From Rubripirellula sp. (lineage in GTDB: Bacteria; Planctomycetota; Planctomycetia; Pirellulales; Pirellulaceae), in contig OZ244207.1 of the NCBI GenBank assembly GCA_965216875.1, forward strand, positions 320,001 to 384,000: DNA of 64,000 nucleotides, in the 5' to 3' direction. A program made the translations under genes and the position numbers. The notes beneath the pieces were generated by a model. That model ran no database searches, had not been told where the DNA came from, and was given only the letters and a program-made list of their open reading frames with translations. Below, piece by piece: positions 12,462-22,043 of this stretch (the first letter of the stretch is position 1; every line of letters starts with the position of its first letter).

Positions 12462-12716
12462 ATGGAAAACGCAAATCCAGCGAACGACGATTTCACTCAT
12501 CCGGAATCAGCTCACTTTGTCGCGGGCGATGGCGAGACGCCAGATCAAGCGTGGGAAGAGGTTGCCGAAGGACGCTTTATGCCCAAACGAGTGCGCGGCA
12601 GTTGTCACGGCCGCGCCCTTGGCTGAACGTTCACCGTTCCTTCGTCCGGTTCGGACGAGCCCGTTTGTGAAGATGAACCCGTCAATCAACCTGAAGACGC
12701 AAACGATCCTTCCTGA
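12462..12716 (+). CDS. Putative small selenoprotein, 84 aa with Sec55 (54 aa if UGA terminates); family not recognised
   Basis: MENANPANDDFTHPESAHFVAGDGETPDQAWEEVAEGRFMPKRVRGSCHGRALG-U-TFTVPSSGSDEPVCEDEPVNQPEDANDPS. In-frame TGA 12624-12626 is followed by a perfect hairpin; the ORF fills the fwdD-fwdB gap. Confidence 0.55.
12641..12659 (+). promoter_or_regulatory. Candidate bacterial SECIS element of the small ORF
   Basis: tcgtccg-GTT-cggacga: 7-bp perfect stem plus a U-G pair; loop starts after a 22-nt spacer from the UGA. Confidence 0.6.
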
Positions 12717-12743
12717 TCATCACGCGCGACTTGGAATCACCTT

Positions 12744-14084
12744 ATGGATTTGAACGTAATCAATAACGCAACTTGCACTTTTTGTGGTTGCGTTTGCGAC
12801 GACATCCAACTGCACCACGATGATGTTCGGATTCATCAAGCCAAGAATGCGTGCGTGTTGGGCAAGGCATGGTTCCTCAATCACACCGCCGAAAAGAAGT
12901 ATCCCGACGCACTTGTCGACGGCAAAGAAGCGACGCTTGATGAAGCGATCGAAGCGGCTGCAGAGCATCTTTATCATGCGGACATGCCGCTTGTGTACGG
13001 GATGAGCAATACGACCTGTGAAGCTCAGAAGGAGTGTGTGGCGATGGCCGACAAGCTTGGCGGCTTGCTCGACAGCCACACATCGTTGTGACATGGTCCA
13101 ACGGAAATCGCCGCCCAGTTGGGAGGCAAGGTCACCTGCACACTTGGCGAAGTCAAGAATCGCGCCGACTTTATCGTCTATTGGGGCGGTAATCCGGCCG
13201 AGTGCCACCCGCGTCACTTCACCAAGTACAGCTTGATGAAGAAGAGCAAGTTTTTGCCCAAGGGACGCAAAGACCGCACGATGGTGTTGGTCGACATTCG
13301 TGAAACCAAAAGCGCTAAAGCGTCGGACATTTTCCTGCAAGTGCGCCCTGGCAAAGATTTTGAATTGATCACGTTGCTTCGAGCGATGATCAAAGACCAA
13401 CCGGTCGACGATGCCCAGATCGAAGAAACCGGATTGACGCGAACCGAGGTCGAAGACTTCATCGCGCGAATGAAAGGGGCCAAGTTTGGTGTGATGTTCT
13501 TTGGCATGGGCTTGTCGATGACACGCGGCAAACACATGAACTCGGCGGCACTGTTGACGCTCGCGGCCGAGATGAACGCATTCACCAAGTTCGTCGCCAT
13601 GCCGATGCGAGGGCACGGCAACGTGACCGGCGCCGACGTGATCATGCGTTGGCAAACAGGTTACCCGTTCGGAATCACGTTCAATCGTGGCTACCCGCGA
13701 TACAATCCCGGCGAGTTTTCGACGGTGGACGTTTTGGTCCGCGGCGACACCGATGCGGCATTCATCATTGGTGCCGATCCGGGTGCGACAATGCCGCAGC
13801 CAGCGATCGATCATTTGGCGCGAATCCCGACCATCGTGCTCGACCCTCACGTGACCCATACCAGCAGGCTCTCGCGGGTTCATATCACCACCGCGCCGGC
13901 CGGCATCTGTGCACCCGGGACGGGTTATCGGATGGATGAAATTCCGCTACCGTTACGTCCTGCACTCAAGTCGCCCTACCCGACCGACGAAGAAGTCGTC
14001 CGCAGGATTCATGAAGCGATTTCAGCGAAGCCAGACTACATCGCTGAGCAAACACCACAGATGCTGACGTCCCAGATTTATTAG
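12744..14084 (+). CDS. fwdB: Selenocysteine-containing formylmethanofuran dehydrogenase subunit B (446 aa, Sec116)
   Basis: Track ORFs 12744-13091 and 13119-14084 are in one frame, joined by TGA 13089-13091 in HTSL-U-HGP. Also CTFCGCVCDD...NAC [4Fe-4S] motif, CTLGEVKNRAD, WGGNPAECHPRH, MRGHGNV, WQTGYP, YNPGE, YRMD. Confidence 0.93.
13110..13127 (+). promoter_or_regulatory. Candidate SECIS element of fwdB
   Basis: gcc-g-ccc-AGTT-ggg-a-ggc: 6 G-C pairs with one G/A mismatch; loop after a 25-nt spacer from the UGA. Confidence 0.65.
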
Positions 14085-14169
14085 TGCAGCGAACGTAGTC
14101 GACGAGGCAACGAGTCCCGACACTAAGTTTTGTTTCTCCGTTTGAATATCAGCATATAGAAGGCATCGA

Positions 14170-15804
14170 ATGCTCCGCATCTCGGGAGGCAAGGTCTACG
14201 ACCCGGCCAACGGAATCAACGGCGAAGTCCGAGATCTGTATATTTCCGACGGCAAGTTCGTCGCCGAAGGAGCGGCATCGCGCACGATCGACGCCACCGG
14301 AATGGTGATCTTTCCTGGCGGCGTCGACGTCCATACTCATGTTGCCGGTGGTTCGATTAACTTTGCCCGCGCGATGACCCCCGAAGATCATCGCCGCACG
14401 CAAGCTTTCATTCGTACGAAGACAACACGCAGTGGTTTGGGCGGGATGGCGCCAACCACGTTTGCCACCGGCTACCTCTATGCCGGTATGGGCTTCACGA
14501 CCGTTAACGAAGCGGCTGTCCCTGTTCTCTCGGCCCGCCACACTCACGAAGAGATGGCGGACATCCCGATTCTCGATAAGAGTAGTTTGGTCTTGATGGC
14601 CAACAACGAGATCATGATGGATCTGATCGAGAAGGGAGAGTACGAGCGAGCCAAGCAAGTGGTCGCTTGGTACATCTGGGCTGCGAAAGCCTATGGTGTG
14701 AAAGCGGTGAATCCGGGTGGCGTCGCAGCGTGGAAATGGGGTGACGACTCGAAACAACTCACGTCGCCGATCGCTGGTTTCAGCAAGCTGACTCCCGGCG
14801 GGATCGTCACCGCACTTTCGAAGATCGTTGACGACCTTGGGTTGCCGCATCCGATTCACTTGCACTGCAACAACCTTGGTGCACCGGGCAACATCAAGAC
14901 GACGCTTAATACGATCTCGCATCTCGAAGGCCGCCGCGCCCACTTGGCTCACCTTCAATATCACGCCTACGGTGGCGACGATTGGTCGACGATGTGTTCG
15001 GCGACCACCGAATTGGCCGAAGTTTTCAACAACAGTCCCAATTTGACGACCGATGCCGGTGCCGTCCTGTTTGGTGATACCGTGACGATCACCGCCGACG
15101 GCCCATGGCAACACTTGCTTTACAAGTTGACCGGCCGCAAATGGGGCAACATCGATGTCGAAAACGAAACTGGTTGCGGCATCGTTCCCTACACCTACAA
15201 GCCATCCAACCTGGTCAACGCCGTCCAATGGGCGAGCGGACTGGAATTGTTGCTGTTGATCAACGATCCATGGCGCGTGTTCCTTTCGACCGACCATCCC
15301 AACGGCGGCTGTTTTTGGCGGTATCCCGAAATCATCAAGCTGTTGATGTCGGCCGACTTCCGCAAAGAGTGCATGAAGTCGTTGCCAACCAACATCATGA
15401 ACAAGATCTCGTTGCCCGAGATTGACCGCGAATACACGCTGTATGAAATCGCCACGATTTCTTCGGCCGGACCGGCGCGTGCTTTGGGGCTGACTCAAAA
15501 AGGGTCGCTCGGTGTTGGCAAAGACGCTGACTTCGTCATTTACAACCAAGACGACGACGTCGAACGCATGTTCAGCCATCCTCGCTATGTCTTCAAGAGC
15601 GGCGCGATGGTGATCGAAGAAGGCGATATTCGCGAAACACCTGAAGGCAGCGAGTTTATCGTCAAGCCGGACTATGACCCGAACACGGACGAATTCATCA
15701 AGCCGTTGTTCGAAGAGTGCTACACGATGTCGTTCGAAAACTATCCGGTCGAGATGGAAAGAATTGAACGACCCGATATGCAAGATTGCATTGAAGTGGA
15801 ATGA
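14170..15804 (+). CDS. fwdA: Formylmethanofuran dehydrogenase subunit A (amidohydrolase)
   Basis: GKVYDPANG, PGGVDVHTH, YGVKAVNPGG, HPIHLHCNNLG, HLQYHAY, STDHPNGG, REYTLYEIA. Confidence 0.95.
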   Translation: MLRISGGKVYDPANGINGEVRDLYISDGKFVAEGAASRTIDATGMVIFPGGVDVHTHVAGGSINFARAMTPEDHRRTQAFIRTKTTRSGLGGMAPTTFATGYLYAGMGFTTVNEAAVPVLSARHTHEEMADIPILDKSSLVLMANNEIMMDLIEKGEYERAKQVVAWYIWAAKAYGVKAVNPGGVAAWKWGDDSKQLTSPIAGFSKLTPGGIVTALSKIVDDLGLPHPIHLHCNNLGAPGNIKTTLNTISHLEGRRAHLAHLQYHAYGGDDWSTMCSATTELAEVFNNSPNLTTDAGAVLFGDTVTITADGPWQHLLYKLTGRKWGNIDVENETGCGIVPYTYKPSNLVNAVQWASGLELLLLINDPWRVFLSTDHPNGGCFWRYPEIIKLLMSADFRKECMKSLPTNIMNKISLPEIDREYTLYEIATISSAGPARALGLTQKGSLGVGKDADFVIYNQDDDVERMFSHPRYVFKSGAMVIEEGDIRETPEGSEFIVKPDYDPNTDEFIKPLFEECYTMSFENYPVEMERIERPDMQDCIEVE

Positions 15805-16616
15805 GCAAGATTCGATTAACCCTAAAGAAGTCGCCAACCGTTCCCTTGGAAGCGGAAGTGTTGAGCCCCGATCGCTTGGCGGATTTGTCTCGCGACGAAA
15901 TCGCTGCGCTCACGCTTTATCACGGCAAACGCCAAGTTCGCATCGACGAGTTCTTTGATGTCGAAGGCGAAAAGAGCGAAGAGGTCGAAGTCGAAGGCGA
16001 CTTGAACAAGGTTCGCTGGATCGGCCGCGCGATGTCTCGCGGGACGCTTACCGTGCGCGGAAGCGTCGGGATGCATCTTGGCGCCCATATGACCGGTGGC
16101 GAAATCAACGTCGACGGCGATGCGGGCGATTGGATCGGCGCCGAAATGGCTGGTGGCACGATCCGTGTCAGCGGTAATGGCGGCGGGCAAATTGGCGCCG
16201 CCTACCGCGGCGCTCTCGTTGGCATGCGAGGCGGCACGATCATCATCGGCGGCACGGCTGGATTGGAAGTCGGCATGCGGATGCGTCGCGGCACGATCAT
16301 CATCGGTGGCGTCGTTCGCGACTTTGCTGGCCTGCAAATGAAAGGCGGAACGATCATCATGCTTAGCGGCGCGGAGATCCGCACTGGAGCTTGGATGAAT
16401 CGTGGCACGATCATTTCACTCAAACCGCTGCAAGTCCTGCCGACCTTCCGCTACTGCAGCGACTACAACCCGACGTTCATGAACGTCTACTCACGCGAAC
16501 TTGCAAAGCACGGAATCGATTTGCCGTACGATCCGAGCGAGGGCAGCTATTCCCGCTACACCGGCGACGCCTCGGTTCCCGGCAAAGGCGAGCTCCTCGT
16601 CTGGAACGCCAGCTAG
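15801..16616 (+). CDS. fwdC: Formylmethanofuran dehydrogenase subunit C
   Basis: PLEAEVLSPD; repeated GxxMxGGxIxxxG beta-helix units; GKGEL C-terminus; ATGA overlap with fwdA. Confidence 0.95.
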   Translation: MSKIRLTLKKSPTVPLEAEVLSPDRLADLSRDEIAALTLYHGKRQVRIDEFFDVEGEKSEEVEVEGDLNKVRWIGRAMSRGTLTVRGSVGMHLGAHMTGGEINVDGDAGDWIGAEMAGGTIRVSGNGGGQIGAAYRGALVGMRGGTIIIGGTAGLEVGMRMRRGTIIIGGVVRDFAGLQMKGGTIIMLSGAEIRTGAWMNRGTIISLKPLQVLPTFRYCSDYNPTFMNVYSRELAKHGIDLPYDPSEGSYSRYTGDASVPGKGELLVWNAS

Positions 16617-16677
16617 TCAGGCGACTTGTTTCGACTCGGCGTGGGGATCGGACCGGTCGATTCGACGTTGTGCCAAA

Positions 16678-16753
16678 GTAGGGTGTCGTGCTTGCACGCA
16701 CCAAACATGCTTGCCATTCTCGAAGATTGGTGCGTGCAAGCACGGCACCCTAC
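16678..16753. repeat. REPIN-like inverted REP doublet (GTAG...CTAC), possible bidirectional terminator
   Basis: gtagggtgtcgtgcttgcacgcacca - 24 nt - tggtgcgtgcaagcacggcaccctac, between convergent genes. Confidence 0.75.
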
Positions 16754-16788
16754 GGGCAAACCGCCGTCACTCCTTGATCCAGCCTACC

Positions 16789-19700
16789 CTACTTCCACTC
16801 ATGGAGCAGTTTGCCGTCGGCGACGTTCCAGACGCGGACGACGCCGCTCTGCCCGCCAGCAACAAGTGTCTTGCCGTCTGGGGTCAGTGAGAGGGCAAAC
16901 AGGAAATCGCCGGAACTGTTGAACGACCGGAGCGATTTGCCGTTGCCTGTGTCGTGCAGCCGAACGTAACCATCGGCACAGGAGGTCAAGACTTGATTGG
17001 TCTTGGTCACGAATTGAATCGCGGTGATTTCCTTCGGGAAGCCTCCGATGGTTCGCCGTTGTTCGCCCGTGGCAATGTTCCAAACCTTGATGTTCTGGTC
17101 CGCACTGGCCGACGCGATCGTTTGGCCATCGTCTTGCCATGCAAGCGACAGAACATGATGCGTGTGCCCTTCGAGTGATCGAGAGGCCTTGCCTGTTGTG
17201 ATGTCGAGTAGCCGAACGGTTTTGTCGGCCGCCGAGGATGCCAGTCGCCGACCATCGGGTGAAAACTTGATGCCAAGCACGGTGTCGCTGTGAACGGCGC
17301 CAAAGTCTCGAACCAGTTGTCCTGTCATCGTCGAGAAGATCTGGACCTCGCCCGAGCGGCTCGGTGGGCCACTGCCGACGGCGATGGCCAAACCGTCAGG
17401 GCGAAAGTCGAGTGCGGTCACACGGTCCGAAATCAACGTGTCGTTGGGCGACCCGATCGAGCGAACCAATTGCCAGGGTGCATTGAGCGTCCAGCTCTGG
17501 GGCTGACGTGCGCTTCCGATCGCTGTGACTTGATCGCTGTTGAGTAGCACGCGGGTGATGGCACCGGTCGATTCGAACGATTCGATCGGTAGGCCGTCAT
17601 CGCGATAGAGCGTCACGTTGCCATCACCGTCTGCGGTGGCGAGTTGGGAGCCCGAATCGAAGGTGACGGCGGTCACCGGAACGCTGGTGAACTGTTGCTT
17701 TAGGTTCGAAAGACGTGTTTCAAGTGAGGTGTGTCGTCGAGTTTCGGCGGCGATCCGAGTCTTGTGATCGGGGATCGCTTGCTCGGCCCGTTTGTGGGCA
17801 AGCGTGGCGGTGTCAAAGGCTTGCTTGCGTTTGGCAACGTTCGTTTCACTTTTCTTTTTCGCCTCGTCCGCAGCGGTGAGTGCCTTTTTGTCGGCTTCGA
17901 GCTGCTTGGTGGATTTGTCCGTCGCTGCCTTTGCCGCTGCGATCGCTTTGTTAGCGGCATCCATCTCAGCCTTTGCCTTGGTGGCCGACTCAGCAGCTTT
18001 TGCGATTTGCATTTCACGGGTCGCAACTTCTTTGGCGAACTTATCGACCTCAGCTTGAGCTTGTTGCATTGCCTTGTTGGCGGCCTCGACTTGCTGCTTG
18101 GCCTTTTCCGCTGCCTCTTTGGCTTTGGCAAGTTGGTCGGCGAGAGGTTTAACCTCCGCCTTTAGCTTGTCCGACGTCGCATTGGCCGAGGCGAGCGTTT
18201 TGTTGGCACTGTCAAGCATCGTGTTCGCTGCGGCCGAGTCACTTTTTGCCTTTGCGATCGCCGCTTCCGTGCCGGTGACCTTTGCCGCTGCGTCGTTGCG
18301 TTTCTTTTCCTCCGCTGCTAAAGCTTCCACCGCCTTGTCACGTTCTTCGGTCACCTTTTTGAGAGCTTCGGTTTCGGCGGTCAGTGTCTTTTCCAAAGAT
18401 TCCGTTTGCTTGTTCAAGCGATCGACGGCCAACTTTTGACGGTCGGAATCGGATTGGGCACGGGCGAGCAATACACGAGTGCGCGGTTGACCCTCGAGTG
18501 TTAACAACGGCTTGGAGTCTGCGACATTCCACGTCTTGGTTTTTCCGTCGCGCCCGCCAGTTGCAAGTTTGCTGCCGTCGTTGGCAAACGCAACGGCATC
18601 GACGGGCGATCCATGATTGACCTTACGAAGCAGCTTGCCGCTGGTTGCATCGATCAAGAGGACTCCTTGCGATTCGCTGGCGACGGCCAAGGTCGGAGTG
18701 GGCTTCGCGGTTGCTGTGATCGCGGTTGCGTCGGCGACCGCCTTCAAGCCTTCGAAGGTTGCAGCGGCGAGCGAGGGTTTCGCAGCATCCAAACGCAGCG
18801 TCAGAACTTTCCGATCAGCAGTCCTCACTGCGATGAAATGTCCGTCGCCTGTCGTGACAAGGTCCACCAAAGGGCTTTGCACATCGAGCGTTGCCAACTC
18901 GTTGCCGTCGGCGACACGGTGCACGACAACGCGGCCTTGTGAGTCGCAATAGCAAAGCGCGTCTTTGGTCACGGCGAGTCCACAGACCGGATCACTGCCA
19001 ACGGCGATCGTCTGCTTGAGTGAGTTGTCGTTACCGCGAAGCTCGATGTCGCCGATCGCATTGACCAACGCGAATAGTGAGCGATCCTCGGTTGCGGACA
19101 CCAGGCCAGACGCGCCGGCAAGTGGCGACTGAGCAAGTGAACGCTCGGCGGAGCCCTTGGCCCAAATCTTGACGCTACGGAAGCCTCCCGTTGCGATCGT
19201 TTGTCCGTCGGGAGCAAACGCAATCGATTGAATCAGGTCGACATCGGCCACTTCTCCCTGCCCGCTTGAGGAGAGTGTTGGATCGACAAGCGAGCCGAGT
19301 TGCTGTTTGGTCGAGAGGTCAAAAACGCTGACACGGTTGCCGCGGCCCGTGGCGACAAGTCGACCATCAGGCGAAATGTCCATTGCGTAGATGGTGCGGA
19401 TCGATTCGGGAATCGGTTGGAACTCGATGACCCGTGCTTCCATCGAGTCGCTGCCGGACGCGCCTTGCTCGATCCATAACTTGATCAGCCCGAGTTCTTC
19501 GGGCGTGAGCGGCTTCGCCCCCACCGAGTTGTCCTCGGGCGGCATCAGTGGTTCTTCGGCGCCCGTAGCGCGAGTCAGCAACAGAGAGGCAGCGGCGTCT
19601 TTCGCCGTGACGGTTTCGCCGGTGTCACCACCCTTCATCAAGCTCGAGTGCGATTCGAGATTCAAGCCACCTTCGGATTCCTTTTCGTGATGGCATGCGA

Positions 19701-19866
19701 CGCAATTGCGTTTGAGCAGCGGCATGATCTCCTTTGCAAAGTCGACCGGCGCATCACGCTTCACTTCGGAAACGGGAATCGGCAGGTCGATGGCAAAGCA
19801 GAGAGGGGAAACCAGCAGTGATGCCAACGTCGTGGCAATCAAAGGAAAGCGACACAGTCTGATCAT
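16789..19866 (-). CDS. Planctomycete cytochrome c domain + WD40 repeats + long coiled coil
   Basis: Signal peptide; VDFAKEIMPLLKRNCVACH (CxxCH); MPP...LIKLWIEQGA; many WD40 blades (FSPDG...SADKTVRL); central A/K/E-rich heptad region. Confidence 0.85.
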   Translation of the reverse strand: MIRLCRFPLIATTLASLLVSPLCFAIDLPIPVSEVKRDAPVDFAKEIMPLLKRNCVACHHEKESEGGLNLESHSSLMKGGDTGETVTAKDAAASLLLTRATGAEEPLMPPEDNSVGAKPLTPEELGLIKLWIEQGASGSDSMEARVIEFQPIPESIRTIYAMDISPDGRLVATGRGNRVSVFDLSTKQQLGSLVDPTLSSSGQGEVADVDLIQSIAFAPDGQTIATGGFRSVKIWAKGSAERSLAQSPLAGASGLVSATEDRSLFALVNAIGDIELRGNDNSLKQTIAVGSDPVCGLAVTKDALCYCDSQGRVVVHRVADGNELATLDVQSPLVDLVTTGDGHFIAVRTADRKVLTLRLDAAKPSLAAATFEGLKAVADATAITATAKPTPTLAVASESQGVLLIDATSGKLLRKVNHGSPVDAVAFANDGSKLATGGRDGKTKTWNVADSKPLLTLEGQPRTRVLLARAQSDSDRQKLAVDRLNKQTESLEKTLTAETEALKKVTEERDKAVEALAAEEKKRNDAAAKVTGTEAAIAKAKSDSAAANTMLDSANKTLASANATSDKLKAEVKPLADQLAKAKEAAEKAKQQVEAANKAMQQAQAEVDKFAKEVATREMQIAKAAESATKAKAEMDAANKAIAAAKAATDKSTKQLEADKKALTAADEAKKKSETNVAKRKQAFDTATLAHKRAEQAIPDHKTRIAAETRRHTSLETRLSNLKQQFTSVPVTAVTFDSGSQLATADGDGNVTLYRDDGLPIESFESTGAITRVLLNSDQVTAIGSARQPQSWTLNAPWQLVRSIGSPNDTLISDRVTALDFRPDGLAIAVGSGPPSRSGEVQIFSTMTGQLVRDFGAVHSDTVLGIKFSPDGRRLASSAADKTVRLLDITTGKASRSLEGHTHHVLSLAWQDDGQTIASASADQNIKVWNIATGEQRRTIGGFPKEITAIQFVTKTNQVLTSCADGYVRLHDTGNGKSLRSFNSSGDFLFALSLTPDGKTLVAGGQSGVVRVWNVADGKLLHEWK

Positions 19867-22043
19867 GGATCGACGACTCTCAGGGTCACGTTTGGGGAGG
19901 GCAGGAAAAGCGTCAGGTCTTGATCCTTGGCTGAGCCTTGCGCGGCGTTGACACGCTGGTCAGCGGTTTTGATCGCCGCTTTGATTGCGTCAAGCTGTGG
20001 GGCATTGGCCGGATCTTCACTGAGCTTTTGAAGGTGGGCTCGATACGCTTGGGCACGCTCGAGTGATTGGGGGTTGGGTTTGACCTTTAGTTTAGTTTCC
20101 GCTTGGAACCAGAGCGAATAAGTTCCGGCAGGAGCGTCTCCAGCCGCTTTGATTTCGAGCTCACCGGTCTCTTTGTCCGCGGCAATGGTCAGGTCGCCAC
20201 AGGTCACTTTGGGCGGCAAATCACGGGCGCGAAGCACGTAATTGACTTTGCCATTGTCGGCTCGAGTCAATTTCACAGGAATCTTCAGCGATTGACCTTT
20301 CTTCAGTTCGGCCACCGCTCCGTCGGAATGATGACCTTCGAAATGGACGCTCACCGGCAGGGTGTCTTTGTCCGAAACCGCAAGGGTCAACGCGGTCGTT
20401 TGACGGGATCGCACGAATTCTCGTAGCCTTCCTCGGCCCCAGCGGATGGCTGCAGGTTTGGCTTCAACGGTATACTCACCCTCTCCGATTCTCGCTTTGC
20501 CGGTGACCTTGGCATCGAACACAGCCGCTGGTGCATCGGTTGCCGCCGCGACCGTGATCTGTGTTTGGGTTTGATTGGCTGCGATCACAGCCGGTCCGGC
20601 GGTAACGCCCGTGGGTAAGCCATCGACCGTTAATTCGATTGCGCCGTTGAAGCCATCTTTGCGAATCGCAAAGACGCGTATTGCTTCGGTGCCGCCGCGA
20701 AAGAGTTGCGATCCGGCTTGGCGAAAGGCGTTGGCGTCTTTGTGTAAGAAGGGGCGGTAGGCGATCAGGTCGAATCCAGGTTCAGGTCGCCGGATGTCGA
20801 GGTAATATTGCTGGCGTCGACTCAGCATTTCGCCGGTATCAAGGTCTTTCACAACGGCGCGGTAGGTCGCTGATTCGGGAACGCTTAGCGTATGGCGACA
20901 GTCGGCGGACCAAAGTTTGATGCCGGCGTCGTTGATGTTCGGCATGTCATCGACGGTCGCGAGCGTTTTCCAAGTTCGGGTCTCGCTCTTGCCGTCAATC
21001 GCTTGTTCGATCACCAACCTGCAATCGGTCGGCTGCCCGATGCGTTCGGACACAACGTCGAATACGAAACGGTCACCTTTGTTGGCCGTGAACTCATAGG
21101 TGTCGACATCATGTTGATTGTCGAACCAAGCTTTCACCGTCGTGGGTAATGTGAGTGTCTTGGCATTTGAGGTTTCTTCGATCGCGGTGGCGCGAGCGTC
21201 AAGGCCATCGGGGATCGTGATGGCGGTCACGGAATCGAGTGTCGGAAGACCTTGTGACACATCGTCGTCAAACGCGGCGGCATGCTTTGCGTCTTGAGCA
21301 ACAAGCAAATAGGGATACTCTTCGCCACCACGATAGATCGCATCGTGGACTGCGAGTGTGAAGCTTGCCGGCGATTCGCTTTCAACGACGAGCGTTGGAT
21401 CGATGTCATCCGACCCTGTCTGCGTCATCACCGTGCGCCCTTTGGCATCAAGCAAAGTGAGGACCGGGATTGCTGCCGAATCGACTCGTGCTGCGAGGCA
21501 ATCGATCCGCAAGGTGCTGCCGGCATCGACATCGACTTGATAGTAGTGCACGTTGCCTGTGGCGGTTTTGGCGTGCACCATCGTCTTTGTCGCGAGCGCG
21601 GTTGGCTCGGCGGCGTTGGTACTTGGCGAGACCAACGCGTCGCTGTCGAGGGCGTGGACGAACAGCACACGCGGATTCGACACGCCATGTCGACCGACAC
21701 AGCGAACGTCATAACGCCCCGCGGGGACTTCTTCGGCAACCGTTACCCGAAAGTGTCCGTAGCGTGGTTGCCGCGATTCCTGGTACGGCAGCGGATCGTC
21801 GGTCAGCAACTCGGCCGAGATGCCAGGGTGCGAGAATCGAAGCTCGGTGACTTCATCAAGTCGTGAACCAGCGGATGGTCGCAGCTCAAAGGTTGTTCCC
21901 GACTTTGCGGCAACTTGCGAAACAGCAGTGAGTTCGTAGATGGGCAGCTGCGCGGAAGCGACCTTGACGCCAAGCAGCGCAAAGAGCGACAACGCGACGC
22001 GAGCGACCGATCGCTGAAGTGTTTTTGAAAGTAAACGTGGCAT
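19863..22043 (-). CDS. PPC (pre-peptidase C-terminal) domain-containing secreted protein
   Basis: GRYDVRCVGRHGVSNPR, DVDTYEFTANKGD, RKDGFNGAIEL; usual member of DUF1501/DUF1553 cassettes; ATG 22043 overlaps the upstream TGA. Confidence 0.7.
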   Translation of the reverse strand: MPRLLSKTLQRSVARVALSLFALLGVKVASAQLPIYELTAVSQVAAKSGTTFELRPSAGSRLDEVTELRFSHPGISAELLTDDPLPYQESRQPRYGHFRVTVAEEVPAGRYDVRCVGRHGVSNPRVLFVHALDSDALVSPSTNAAEPTALATKTMVHAKTATGNVHYYQVDVDAGSTLRIDCLAARVDSAAIPVLTLLDAKGRTVMTQTGSDDIDPTLVVESESPASFTLAVHDAIYRGGEEYPYLLVAQDAKHAAAFDDDVSQGLPTLDSVTAITIPDGLDARATAIEETSNAKTLTLPTTVKAWFDNQHDVDTYEFTANKGDRFVFDVVSERIGQPTDCRLVIEQAIDGKSETRTWKTLATVDDMPNINDAGIKLWSADCRHTLSVPESATYRAVVKDLDTGEMLSRRQQYYLDIRRPEPGFDLIAYRPFLHKDANAFRQAGSQLFRGGTEAIRVFAIRKDGFNGAIELTVDGLPTGVTAGPAVIAANQTQTQITVAAATDAPAAVFDAKVTGKARIGEGEYTVEAKPAAIRWGRGRLREFVRSRQTTALTLAVSDKDTLPVSVHFEGHHSDGAVAELKKGQSLKIPVKLTRADNGKVNYVLRARDLPPKVTCGDLTIAADKETGELEIKAAGDAPAGTYSLWFQAETKLKVKPNPQSLERAQAYRAHLQKLSEDPANAPQLDAIKAAIKTADQRVNAAQGSAKDQDLTLFLPSPNVTLRVVDP

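Noticed and set aside
12714..12743. Second readthrough fusing the small ORF to FwdB
   Set aside because: The frame allows it, but no convincing hairpin follows TGA 12714-12716, and FwdB has a normal N-terminus at 12744.
12457..12753. 98-aa track ORF (TTG start) in the fwdD-fwdB gap
   Set aside because: Arg-rich with no motif, which is typical of a shadow frame, and it overlaps the fwdB start. The ATG-initiated frame at 12462 with a SECIS-like hairpin explains the region better, though this ORF is not formally excluded.
12744..14084. fwdB as a pseudogene or two genes
   Set aside because: The stop is TGA exactly at the metal-ligand position, the frame is preserved, a SECIS-like hairpin follows and selABD is adjacent.
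14149..15837. 562-aa antisense ORF over fwdA, and similar long antisense ORFs (12720-13883, 24738-25511)
   Set aside because: Shadow frames of GC-rich genes with clear motifs on the opposite strand.
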